Positions 37,583-50,287 are shown, counted from the stretch's first letter. The stretch is 64,000 nt of DNA from Octopus bimaculoides (GCF_001194135.2 NC_068981.1:108286886-108350885); one strand, 5' to 3'. Translations and numbers: made by a program. The notes: generated by a model from the letters alone, not told the origin.

Positions 37583-38880
37583 TATATATATACTTTTCAA
37601 AAGACACAATTCATCATATAAAATATATATAAATATATATCCATATGAGATCACCTGAAATTGTAAAGGTTGAAGGTCAAATGTACATGATCAATGCATT
37701 ACAAAATCGAAAATATTAAAAAGATGTATGGGTAGCTCAAAAACGCAAATACTTGAGTGCAGAGATCAAATTCATACATATCCTATGGCCGTTTCAGGAA
37801 AGGTATTTCAGAATGGGTGAACTATTTGTACCCATCTCAAATATATACATTTCCTTCATCAGGGATTAATTGAAAAGTTTAAAAAATTATTTAAAAGATT
37901 TTAAAAGACTTCATACTTGGACAAGGTATCCTATGTTGTGATAAAATTTTGTTCAGATAACTATAAATTCTAAAATGACGGTTGAATATACTACAAATCT
38001 TACAGAAAAATGACGCTTTTACGGTTATTCTAAAACATATTGAGAATTTAGGTTTCAATTAACATGGGTTGGTTATACTTTAATATGAAAAAAACCTGTT
38101 TACAAAATATTAAAGCATCCAAAACTTATTTAATAATATTTTTCTACTTGTATGAAGTAATGTTAATGGATTCTTTAGTGCATAAACCACACATTCTAGT
38201 GTCTGTTACATGGAGTAGTTTGAATAATTATTGACCAATCTAGTTTAAATTGTTTATTTTGCGCTTTTAAATTATCTATGTGTCTGGCTAATGCTGTCAA
38301 ATTTTTCATGCTTGGGTTTGTAAATGAATTTTTGTGCCCCCATATCAAATTTTAAAGTCTATTGTGTTTTTTTTTCAAACAGGATCCTTTTAATGGGCAA
38401 AATTCTGGGGATCGGCAATTACAGGTTTGTTTTATGAAATTCAGATTACTACTCTCCTGATTACGTTCCATGAATTCCCTTTCCAAAATATCCTTTTTAA
38501 GTTTAAATTTATCATTAGCAGCAATGATGAATCCTAAATTAGGTGAATATAACAGTTTTAAACTAGATTTGTTAAAGATGGGAGGATATAATTATGATCC
38601 TGATGAAAGTTTTTTCAATGATCTTAAAGAATAATTCTGGGAGATTCTTAATGTGAAGGGAAAAAGGTAGGGTGAACCAAATTATTTCCTGTTTTCTAGT
38701 GGGTGTATTCCTAACCTGCCAATTTCTTACTGAATTTATTGTAAAGTTATAACTAAAAGGTTGATAATATCTCCTATGTATATGGGGAATCCATTGTTCA
38801 ACAGGCTCACTTACTGATGGAATGTCAATATTTAATTTAGTTAAGCCTGGAAAGAGTTTACTTTTAAATATTGTATTTCT
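37583..38880 (-). mobile_element. Penelope-like element, inverted 3' copy (pseudo-LTR arm)
   Basis: Reverse complement of about 39355-40505, with independent indels; left end cut by an N gap. Confidence 0.88.
37780..37866 (-). ncRNA. Type I (minimal) hammerhead ribozyme motif of the PLE pseudo-LTR
   Basis: Minus strand ATCC-CTGATGA-AGGAAA-N48-TTTCCT-GAAA-C-GGCC-ATA-GGAT: stem I ATCC/GGAT, intact CUGAUGA and GAAA core, 6-bp stem II with long internal hairpin, palindromic GGCC loop III; C15.2/A16.2 mismatch. Confidence 0.85.
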
Positions 38881-40505
38881 TATACAATAACTGCCAGGAA
38901 AACATATCTTTTAGGGATAAGAACTGGACTCAAAATGACCTTCAGGATAAGTTTGATGTAACAATGAGGTCATTGGACTCAGCACAAGTTATATAAGGAT
39001 GATGCATTATTTACATTAACTGGCTCCCCATTGCAAACTTTGATTAGGACTAGATAAGTTTTGATAAAATTTTTTAAGGAATATAACTTAGATATAACAT
39101 TCGAAAATATTACAAAAGTAGTAAGCTTTCTGGATGTTTACCTTAAATCTCAATAGTGGCTTGTTTTCCCCTTACAACAAGCCAAATAAAACAATACAGT
39201 ATATTAATACTATGTCAAATCACCCTAAAAGTGTTATAAATAGGGTAATTAAAGGGGTGTCTATAAGAATATCTAATCTTTCAGCTAATGAAATAATTTT
39301 CAATAATCATGCACAGCACTCAAGAATAGTGGTTTCCATGAGAACGCTTATCATATAATACAATAATTAAAAGTAAACTAGGTAAACTCTTTCCAGGCTT
39401 AACTAAATTCTGTAAATAAGAGAGATATCATCAACCTTTTAGTTATAACTTTATAATAAAGTCAGTAAGAAATAGGCAGGTTAGGAATAACCCCACTAGA
39501 AAACAGGAACTAATTTGGTTCACCCTGCCTTTTCCCTTCAAGTTAAGAATCTCCCCGAATTGTTCTTTAAGATCATTGCAAAAAACTTTCATCAAGATTA
39601 TAATTATATCCTCCCATCTTTAACAAATCTAGTTTAAAACTCTCATATTCACCTAATTTAGGATTCATCATTGCTGCTAATAATAGATTTAAACTTAAAA
39701 AGAATACTTTGGAAAGGGAATCCATGGAATGTAATTAGAAGAGTAGTAATCTGAATTTCATAAAACAAACCTGTAATTGCCGATCCCCAGAATTTTGCCT
39801 GTTAAAAGGGTCCTGTTTGAGAAAAAATGTAGTTTATAAGTGTGAAGTAAGTACCTCAAAAGAACCCAAGAAAATCTACATAGGGAGCACAATAAGCTTT
39901 AAAACTAGATATAGGGAGCATAAAAATTCATTTACAAACCCAAGCATGAAAAATTCAACAACACTAGCCAGACACATAGGTAATTTAAACTAGATTGGTC
40001 AACAATTACTCAAACTACTTCATATAAAATACATCCTAGAATGTGTAGATTATGCACTAAAGAATCCATTAATACACTTCATGTGAGTAGAAAAATATTA
40101 TTAAATAAGATTTTGGATGCTTTAATATTTTGTAAACAGGTATTTTTCAACTTGAAAATTTTTTTATCATTAAAGTATAGCCAATCCATGTAGTATATTT
40201 AACCCTCATTTTAGAATTTATTTTAGTTATCTGAACAAATTTTTATTGCAACATAGGACACCTTGTACAAGTATGAAGTCTTTTGAAATCTCTTATATAA
40301 TTTTTTAAACTTTTCAAATAAGGAAATATTTTTGATTTAGCAATGCATTGGCCGTGTACATTTAACCTCCAATCTTTTTATGTTTTAGAACAGATTCACA
40401 ATTTCAGGCAATCTCATACAGATGTATATTTTATATTTATATATATTTTTGTATTTATATATTATATATTTTACATGATGAATTGTGTCTTTCAAAAAAT
40501 ATATT
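38881..40505 (+). mobile_element. 5'-truncated Penelope-like element (RT C-half plus GIY-YIG endonuclease)
   Basis: FDVTMRSLDSAQV, YKDDAL, TLNLNSGLFSPYNKPNKTIQYINTMSNHPKSVI, CNCRSPEFCLLKGSCLRKNVVYKCEV..IYIGST..FKTRYREHKNSF. Confidence 0.92.
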
Positions 40506-40637
40506 GAGGAAAATAATCTGTTTTTGAAAGGTGCCTTTTCATTGAAATCTGCATTACTCTGTATTCTCTTAGCTCTATTTAGTGAGTGCCAACTTATTGT
40601 TCTGTATAGGAAATTCATTTCCTTCTATTTTCTTCTG

Positions 40638-40670
<33 letters not shown>

Positions 40671-41381
40671 GGGCGTCTTTCAATTTCTGTCTACCAAATC
40701 CACTTTGCATTTGAAATGAGTTAGGGGATTTATATTTTGTATTGTTCATAGCTAGAGAGTATAAACGTACAATAACATTTCTTTGATATGTAGTGATTGA
40801 GTATTTGAGTTGTGAAAAAGGTGACAAAGTTGTCATGTCACCAATTCATAGAAGTATTGTATATTGGCATAGTGTTTCAGTTTCACATAGAAGATGCTTG
40901 TATGCAGAAAGTTAGGAAGCAATAAAGGTAATTTCAACTGCATAAATGTGTGTGTTGTTATAAGTAACAATAAGTAGTTCCTTAATGTACAGAAGGAAGA
41001 GTACACCAAAGCTGATAAGAGTTTATGGACAGATAACCTAGTCAGTACACACAGTAATGATGTAGTCAAACAAGCTTCCAATCTAAAGATAAATGCAGGA
41101 CATAGGCAGGCAAATTAGCTAATGGTTCTCATGTAGGGAACAAACACATCACTGATATCAAGTGCAGTAACACTGCTTTTACCAAAGTTCTCAAGAGTGA
41201 AGGACCAATGGTGAGTGACTGGATGCCTACATAATTATTTTACTAAAAGGTTAGAACTTTTAAGATACAAAATACTGAATGGATGAGACACTGCTAAAAA
41301 ACACACACAATCATTGTTATAATGAAAGTAACCCTAGATAAAATTTAGGCAAATGCATATATGCAGAGAAGTAATACCTAC

Positions 41382-41444
41382 CATATCCATGATCAAATGA
41401 CCACAAACACAGCATTTATCAGCAGTTTGTTGAAAACCAGAATA
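41382..41444 (-). CDS. WTIP: LIM protein exon (LIM1-LIM2 linker): YSGFQQTADKCCVCGHLIMDM
   Basis: 63 nt, tttttag|TAT ... ATG|gtaggt; matches the family YSGFQQTAxKC motif. Confidence 0.97.
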
Positions 41445-41879
41445 CTAAAAACAAAATATTAGAAAGAAACAAAATATGAGACAGAAAGCAAAAACAAACG
41501 ATTTAGAATTTGAGCTAATAATCTTCATTAATTGAGAAGTAAAAATGAGGAATAAAAATTTAGTGAAAGGATGAATTCTACATAAAACAACCTAAACAAA
41601 TTAGATCAAAGACTGTATGGATGTATGACGAGGGCTGGTCTTTTGAATATTTCTTTTCTCTTTTCTGTCATCTTTTGTTTCAGTCATTAAACTGTGGCCA
41701 TGTTGGGGCACCACCTTAAAGGATTCCAGTCAGGCAAATCAACCCCAGTACTTTTTTTTTAAAGCCTGGGGTTTATTCTATCAGTCACTTCTACTGAACT
41801 GATAAGTTACAGGGATGTAAACACACCAACACTGGTGGGGTACAAACAGGTGCGTGTACGTGTATATATTATGTAGGTA

Positions 41880-42420
41880 GGTAGGGTAAATCCCTATTCC
41901 ACAATGCCTAACTTAAGTGATACATTTTCCTCAAATTATAAAAAAACTTAACAGTAATAATTATTATCCTTGTAGTAATAATATTCATAATAGTATCAAT
42001 ACAACTTCTAATCTTAGTAATATTACTATTAATATTACTACTTCTTCAGCTATAACTGTGGCTTCTGATAATACTAACATTACAGCTATTACTACCAATA
42101 ATAGTAATAGTGGTGATTATAATCATATTAACCATCATGATAATTATAACAATAATAATATTAGCTATGACTTTAATAATACTACTGATCATAATAATAA
42201 TAATTACCATAATAATCATATTGAAAATGGATCATATAACAATAATCTCAACAACAATAACATAAAATCAAATTCAATTAAATTACGCAATTGTTCAATA
42301 AAAACATCTTGTCCTTTAAATAATAAATGTCTTCTAGAAAACATAATTTATAAACACTTCCTCCATATTCACCATAAAACATGCCACATCTATAAAATTT
42401 AAATTAAGGTATTATAACCA
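41880..42420 (+). mobile_element. Penelope-like fragment with an Asn-rich (AAT-like) expanded linker
   Basis: YSTMPNL linker motif at the 5' side and CSIKTSCPLNNKCLLENIIYK (start of the GIY-YIG region) at the 3' side, with degenerate AAT/ACT repeats between. Confidence 0.7.
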
Positions 42421-42761
42421 GATTTCTTCTTTCAAATATATGTTTGATTTTTATCACTCTCAGTACAAATCCTCAGATCGAAACCCAAACACCGTGAAAT
42501 GTTCATATTGGAGCTTCCAGTGCGAATGCCAAGAAGTACAGCATGCTGTTTCCAAATTTCTGGCAGAGTGAATTGTGTCATGGTGGTGTTTTACTCACAG
42601 ATAGTGCTCAACTCACTGTGCTATATATACTATGTAGTTGACAAAATCAGAAACAAACAATATGCATGCGCAAACTTAAAAATATAAAATGGCAACAATT
42701 TACCCACCGTACCTTGTATATGTGTGTGTATATGTATGTATGTATTATCTCTCTCACTATA

Positions 42762-42764
<3 letters not shown>

Positions 42765-42802
<38 letters not shown>

Positions 42803-42995
42803 TGTATCTATGTATGTATGCGTGTGTGTGTGTGTGTGTGTGTATGATGGGTTTCTTCCAGTTTTCATCTACAAAATCCACTCACAAGGCTTTGGTTGGC
42901 TCGAGGTTATAGCAGAAGACACTTGCCTGAGGTGCCACATAGTGGGACTGAACCTGGAACCATGTGGCTGATAACCAAACTTCTTACCACAGAGT
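42765..42995 (-). mobile_element. (TG)n microsatellite plus head of tRNA-derived SINE
   Basis: Minus strand ggttccaggttcagtcccactatgtggcacctcaggcaagtgtcttc (B-box-like GGTTCAGTCCC). Confidence 0.8.
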
Positions 42996-43665
42996 ATTTC
43001 TTATTTTGTTGTTGCCTTTTGCAGTGATTTTTTTTTAATTATAAACCTTTCAGTCAGGAGAAACCAGAGTCTTAACCTGAATGCTTGCAACATTGTGGAC
43101 TCCACTAAAGGCACCCAAGGTGTCAGGTCACCTGGTTTGGCCTGGGTAATGGATTACATGTTTTTGCTTAGGTGATTGTGTTTGTGTGTTGCCCTGCATT
43201 GTTGGTAGTGAGGCTGCAGGTTAGGTATTGCTATTGGTGATGATAAGCCTTTTTTTTTTTTTTTAATTTCTGCACCAGTGAGCCGTCTGACTTTGATCTT
43301 GGAGAGCCTTTAATTTTTATGTCACAATGACCAACAGACTTGTCTCAACCTCATCACACAAGGTCGTTGATGCAGAAAAGCCTGAAACAGGGCTATGAGT
43401 GGATATGTGAGTACATGTATAAGTGTTATAGTGGACTTGAGAGGGAGGGAGAACTTGTTTGTAATGATGGAACTGTCCTTCTAGTCGCTGCTACTGTCAT
43501 TTTTACTGCTGTTATTATTGTTCTTGTTGTGGTAATGGTGTTGGCACCAGTATAAGCTTTATTAATTACTAGTATAGGCATGATGTAAATTGAAACAGAT
43601 TTTGTCATTGTTCTATTTATGGTTCTCTGGAAGCCAAGGGATTCAACACCAGTGACCTCACTTGG

Positions 43666-43685
43666 CGAACATTCTAGAATGTTCC
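43666..43685. promoter_or_regulatory. Candidate heat-shock element, four perfect nGAAn units
   Basis: cGAAcaTTCtaGAAtgTTCc; also a perfect 18-bp palindrome; function unproven. Confidence 0.4.
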
Positions 43686-44304
43686 AAGAATACCAGAGTT
43701 ATATCCCTTTTAGTAATACCACTATGGCATGGACCATCTCCTAGACGAGCTTTATTCACCAGGGAGAACCAGCAGTCTTTCAGCCTATATATGGGACAGA
43801 GAGATTCGTTCTTTCTCTCTTTGCTACACCGAATCCGATCTGTTCACATCCTTGGTATGGAGAGCAACTATACTTGTTTACACATGGTCTAAGCTAAGTA
43901 GATGGTCTCTAACAGCGACTGTGTGCCTCAAGCCCTTTATGCTACATGACATGTGTATGGATTTCTCTTGCATCATTAATGAACCATTTGCAGTGCGACT
44001 TTCCTTCATACCCTTTCTATTGTATTTCTTTCATGCAGGCAACTAGGCAAAATATTGTATGTAACTTTTCACATTTCTGTGCAGCTTCACTCGAAGAATA
44101 TTCTTGGTGAACTTGTGTCTGTTCTTATTTATAATTAAATTATTTGTGAAGTTTAAGAACGCCTCCTTCATTATTCTTAACCTTGCATCCGCATTAATAT
44201 TTTGTACAGAGAAAACTACTACTAGAGTGATGACCGCACAATACTAAACTAGCAAGGACACAGTATTTAATTTTGCAACCATAATGTATGATCCAGTATA
44301 TTAA

Positions 44305-44500
44305 CCCTTTAGTGTCAAGTGTAATGTTTATTTCTTCACATTGTTTTGAATTTATCTCACATTATCTTGTAGCTTTGAGATATTGATGATGTGGTTGTCT
44401 ATTTTATAAATGATATTGTAGTGTTGGTATGAGAGGCCAGTTTGAACATAAAACAGGTAGAATATTTTGGTTGGATATGATCAGCTTAAACACTAAAGGG
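44305..44500. mobile_element. piggyBac-type MITE
   Basis: TTAA-CCCTTTAGTG ... CACTAAAGGG-TTAA. Confidence 0.88.
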
Positions 44501-47500
44501 TTAAAGGTTTACAAGTCAGTATTGTGCCTTACTTTTTGTGTCAGCAGCGAGATATTCTACAGATTTTCTACAGAATTCAGACCCAACACTGTAAGTTATG
44601 AATGCAAATACATCTCTGTAAACAATGTAATCAAAGATAGAGAAAAATACATAAAGGATGGTGGGTGTATATGCATATTCATATATGAAATATCGCAACT
44701 TACAGTGCTGGCTCTGAACTCAATAAAAAAAATCTATAGTTTATGATTTAAAAATTAGTATAGGCTTTGTCCTGTCCATGTTTTACGCTCTGCCATAAAC
44801 AGAGCGCCAATTAGATGGTTGTTAGCACTATATGTGCAGTACCTTCTCCCTTCCATCACATACAGCTGAATGTTGTTTGGCAGCTTGATCAGATTGGAGA
44901 AGTTTGATTCCTGCTATGTTTGGATCAAGAGTACTATCTCCATCCTAAACCACTCCTGTTCTCAAATGTGTGGACTTCCATAATTACTGAGGTGTCATTT
45001 CATTGCTTAAAACAGCTCTGACAACCATGTATGATGGTATGAGGATGAAATCCTTGCACTTAACTAAGGAAGGAAACTGACTTATGGGTTTACCCTCAAA
45101 GAGGAATCTAACCACCACCATTCCACATTACTTACAGTGAATAACAAAACTGTTTTCCTTCCATATTGCTTTCAGGTACTTTTCCACCTGGCAATGCATT
45201 GGTTTTTCCTCTCTCCAACTTTCTGTAATTATGCACTTGTATGTCACTGTGCATCTGCAAATATCATCTACCAATACTTGTAACAAGAGCAGAGTAACTT
45301 ACCTGTGGTCCTTTTGGACAAATCCTCTGCTCTCCTTTAGCTTCTTTTATTGTATCTCTAGTTGCTCAGTGACCCTTACTATACTTGTAAAAGACATAGT
45401 CCCCTTGCAGAAACTATATTGTGTCTATCATTACTGCTGTCACTAAGACAGCCTTTGAAGGTGAGAGAGCTGGAAGTTTACATTGGAAGATATGGTGATG
45501 GCACTGCTTGCAACTGTAGAAGTTGTGCTGTTGCTGTGTTGTTTTTCCTAGTCTTGGCTTCCATATTTTTGTGTTCACTAATATGTTGCTGTTGGTGGTA
45601 GTGTTGTTTGTAGATGTAGCAGTAGACTGACTTGTTAAATTGGTGGTGGGGTACTGTGAACATATTAATACTGTTGTTGCCCTTATTTTTTGCCTTTGGT
45701 GTTGTTACTACCACTTCCCTTCATTCATACCAGGATGTCATTTTACAGTAATAATACTGGTTGTTATTGTTGCTCTTATCATTTCAATTGCTGCTGCTGT
45801 TTGGCATGTTGTGGTGGTTGTTAATATTCCTCTTGCCCACAGTGTTGCTACTTATAGCAGTGCTACTCTCTGCCTTACTGCTGTATACTGATGGTGTCAG
45901 AATCAACAAACACTTATGTTGCTACACTTATCCAAAAAAGTTTCTAATAAAAGCTCTAAAAGCAAGCAATAATTTCTGTACTATTGCTACCATGGTTACC
46001 TCCCACTACTTTGCCCTTATCAACACTCAAATTTGTTGACATTTAAGTTAATATGTTTCACCCCTGACTGCAGACAACAGGTAAAACAGTTTTGTCCCAC
46101 ATAATTAGGAGAGAGACAGATTTTAGATCCAATTTTCTGGAGAATGTCATAAATACTAACAAAATTCTTTATTTTTGTCAGAGAAATTTGTGAAAATTGG
46201 TTAAACCTTATGCAGCATCAATATTTACAGTCACTGCAACTTATATATGAAAATGATTACTTCTATTGCCACAAAGGCAATGGATGTGAGGACATTACAC
46301 AGACATGTTACATAAACAGTGAAGGCTTTACATTGAGTGTGATGGGAAAACAACAGATGGGAACAAAGTGATATATAAATGTGTGTCTTTTCAAAAAGAG
46401 AATGGCTACTTTGACCCAATCAAAGCACACCACACAAATACTCAAATTATGGACAACCCTCTCCCACATTCTACCCATAACATACAGACCATATATTCAA
46501 AACAGATCCATTCAGCTACGCCATACTCAAAAGGGAAGCATTCCTCTCTCAACTGTCACATTCTTCTTTAAGTCATACTCAAAAAAACTAGTAACAACAG
46601 TAAAAACCAAATTTTGATATAAGATCCTAAACTGAATTATCATCAAGTTGTATTTCTTTCCATTATCAAAAGTGCTATGAAATATATTAAGCTCTGCTGA
46701 GATGGACCATTTGGAGCAATAAAAATTTGCTGATATTTATAATGAATACTGTGTTGTTGACCTTAAGCACAACAAAAATCTATTAAACCAATGACCATTG
46801 GGAGTTTAGGGGATCAGGATGTTTTCAGCATGAAAATTAATATTATTATGATAACAGTTCTGCTTTACATCTTAAAGAAATTACACAACAGAAGAAATAT
46901 GATTTTAAGCGGACAGCAGGAGAATAACCAGCTCAGTGTATAATGTGAAACTATCAAGTGAACCTACAATTACTTAAGATGTCTGTAACTAAAATTAATC
47001 AAGTATCATTTATTACAAGAAGATCATAACAAAAGTTGAGTAAATAATCAGAATAAATAGGAAAAAAGATAGGAGTAGTTTGTGAAGATTTAAAGAAATT
47101 TTGTTTTTTCATTGTTGAGAACAAAATATAGTTGAAAAAAGTTCTGTTGCCATGATTCATAAACTATGTTAAGACAAATCGTTAATTAAGACTAATCAAT
47201 GTGAAGGTCACCTAAAAATGAATGACATGGTTTATGTGAGGTTTCATGAAAAACTATCATACATTCAGTGTATAAATAGGATAGATAATTAAGGTTCCTA
47301 ATAAAAATAATGTTTTATTCTGTTATTGGTTTCAATAATTGCACTGCAGCCGGGCTTGAGCACAGCCCTCAAGGGGTCTAGTCAATTACATCAGCCACTA
47401 TTTATCAGTCTCTTTTGCTAACATTTTGGGTAACATTTAACTGAGAAATATACCTATCAGGACAGATTGAAAGTATACTATAATTCAATACACTGGTTAG

Positions 47501-47699
47501 TAACTGAAAATTTCCCATAGCATTCCTGTATATTAGCAGGGAAAATGAAGCAAATCTAAGAAATATTTTCTTATGCTTGATTAAATTACAAAATAAGAAA
47601 TTCTTAATTTTAAATATTTAGAAATTACATGCTGTTGTTTAGCCCCAATCTAGATATGACCATCCTGTTTATTTTATATATTTTGGACTATATTATCTG

Positions 47700-48031
47700 G
47701 GTAGGGGGGCTCCAAAACAGGTCTCAGGGAGTAGCGTCCCTGCCTTCCTGAGCTAGTTTTCCACCACATTTCTTAAAAATCATGGTAGAGGCCTTGGTCT
47801 CAGGACCACTTATGTCTAGAAACTGAGGTTGAGAGTAAGCAAGGGCATGCTCCCTGCAAAAAATCTAGCTCCAAGAAAGCCTCATGATACCAAAGGAGAA
47901 TAGGCACCAACCAGCCCAAAGGTTGGGGTGGGTTGAACCTGCCTACCTCGGTTGCTATGGCATTGAGGTAGATCTGGCCACCTCCGTTAACGGGGACAAA
48001 ACCCAGATTTAAAACACTGGATGATAATGAT
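47700..48031 (+). mobile_element. GC-richer SINE/LINE 3' segment ending in a (GAT)n-like tail
   Basis: Abrupt GC increase, ends ctggatgataatgat; family not identified. Confidence 0.45.
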
Positions 48032-48467
48032 ATCTAATATGATCTTGTGACTTGATCTAAGGAAGATTTGACTGCTATTTTTTTTGAGATTGATGACTTC
48101 ACAAAGACTGCTTTATGGGCATTTAAAATATATCAGCTGTATAAACAAAGACCAACTAAAAAATATTTTATTATTTCTGGCTGGACTACAAAATAAAATA
48201 TTTAGAAAATGTGATTATATATATATTTAGAAATATATATGTTTTAAAAATTATCAACAATGAAAGAAATATATACTAAACTACTCAAGAAATTATATCT
48301 ATGTTATATACATACCCCTTAGGCATCAGCTTCTATGAGTCCCTTTCTCTAAGCCTTTCTTCTTTATATCATGACAAAAAAGTCACAAGTCCCATTGAAA
48401 GCTAGACCTGTACCTAACATCACAGAAAGATGAAGCTTCTTAACTCTAATGAAAGCAATTCCATCTA

Positions 48468-49703
48468 TCGGATAATCCCATAAATAATGCAGTTTTTTTT
48501 ATACTTCTTTTATTTTTCAAAATTAAGACAAACTAAATTCTTTTTTAATCTAAAATATACTCTCCTTCATTTTCTACAATGCTCTTCCATCTATCTGGTA
48601 GACTTGCAAGGCCCCTCTTCCAAAATTCACTTGTCTGTGATGAAAAATACTCCTCTAGTACTGTTCTGATTTCATCTACAGAATTCATATTTTTTCTGTC
48701 CAAATGATTTTGAAGACTGCATAATAAATGATAATCAGATGGGGCAATGTTCGGCGAATATGGTGGGTGGAGCATTGTTTCCCATTCAAACTGCTCCAGC
48801 CTTTGGAACGTCATCCTTGCAGTATGTGGCTGAGCATTATCCTGACGGAAGAACCCCTTTTGTCTTGAAACCAAAGATGATCATTTTTTTCTAGCGCTGA
48901 CTTAAGCCACTCAAGCTGCTCACAGTAGATCTCCTTAGTTATCATTTGGTTTGGGTTTAAAAGTTCCAAGTGGACTAAACCTTTCATATCCCACCAAACA
49001 GATAACAACATCTTGCATGGGTGAAAATCTACTTGAGCCTTGGGTGCTGGTGTTTCTCCTTTCTCTACACACTGTCTTTGGCATTTAACATTTCTCGTCA
49101 GTCACTATTCGGTTTTAAAAAAGGTTCATTTGTGAGATGTGACAGCAAGGAAGAGCACACATTCACTCTCTGCACACAATTAGGCTCAGAAAGTTTGTGA
49201 GGAACCCATCGACCTAATTTGCTGATTTTCCAATGGCACGCAGGTGTCAATGAATGGTTGAATGATCAAATCCAAACTTCTCTGCTAGTTCCTCAACAGT
49301 TACAATGGGATTTTGTTTCAGAGTTTACAGGATGTCCTTGTGGAGCACTACTGATCTTCCAGGATGAAACTCGTCTTCTAGGCTGTAGTTTCCAGCTTGG
49401 AATTTCTGGAGCCAATGTTAACACTGGCTTACACTTATTGTCTGATCCCCACATATTGTACTAATATTCGTCACACTTTCTATTGTGTTGTTGCCTTTAT
49501 TGAACTGATAAAACAAAATATGCTGAATATGCTCCTTTGTCACTTCCATTATAGCTTTGAAAAAATAACTGCTAAAATCGAAATGCACTCTCCAAAATTT
49601 GCACTAAGAATAAGCACAAGGTAAAATTACTAAGTGCTTTTATAGCAAGTTGATGCAGGTAGTTTAACCCATCCCCCTCAGCATTATTTATGGGATGACC
49701 CAA
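48468..49703 (-). mobile_element. Full-length mariner (DD34D) element, transposase pseudogene (ATG near 49549, stop 48545)
   Basis: TA-flanked TIRs tcggataatcccataaataatgc / gcattatttatgggatgacccaa; MEVTKEHIQHIL..., WVPH, LLSVWWDMKG, QDNAQPH, HPPYSPNIAPSDYHL; several stops and frameshifts. Confidence 0.95.
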
Positions 49704-50287
49704 TACAAAGTTTAAAAAAGGCTGTCCTATTCAGAGCTCTGCAAGTAGTAATAAAGTCAAGCTAAGAGAGCAGTAACTCAGATTTAAAACTGACATAATA
49801 GAGGGGACATTCTACTTCTGCCACAGACCTTTCCAGAACTCACAGCATGATAAAATACACCCAAAATACACACGTAATATGGTTAGTGATGGGAAGGACA
49901 TCTCGCTATTCCCCCTCCCCCACCCACTCACACATACATACAGTTTTTTTCTGTTGCTGGGTGTGCCTGAGACTAAAATGCCTTGGCAAGTGACAAACCA
50001 TTGCGATATCCATCCAATCCATACTAGTATGAAAAACAGATGTAAAATTATATGGAATCAGAAAATCAAAGAGCTTAAAAAATATGAGTAATAACATATT
50101 TACAGAATAAAAATTTGTAAAGGTAAACTGTTAAATTACTGAAAATAAAACTATATCACCACCTAACAATTTACTAGGTCATAAACCACAATGACATTTT
50201 CTAATGACAGTTATGAAAGAACAGCAATTAATATCACTTAGAAACACCTAGCTTATTAATTATATTAGTGAAATAACATTAACTTAC

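Noticed and set aside
42630-42971. HT/CV-repeat ORFs
   Set aside because: Translations of (TG)n microsatellites
43080-44280. Possible LINE ORF1 (gag-like) relic on the minus strand
   Set aside because: Only vague similarity and no intact CCHC knuckle could be read
45450-46039. Overlapping hydrophobic and Q/T/N-rich ORFs
   Set aside because: Degenerate GTT/GCT/GTG trinucleotide low-complexity DNA opens frames on both strands
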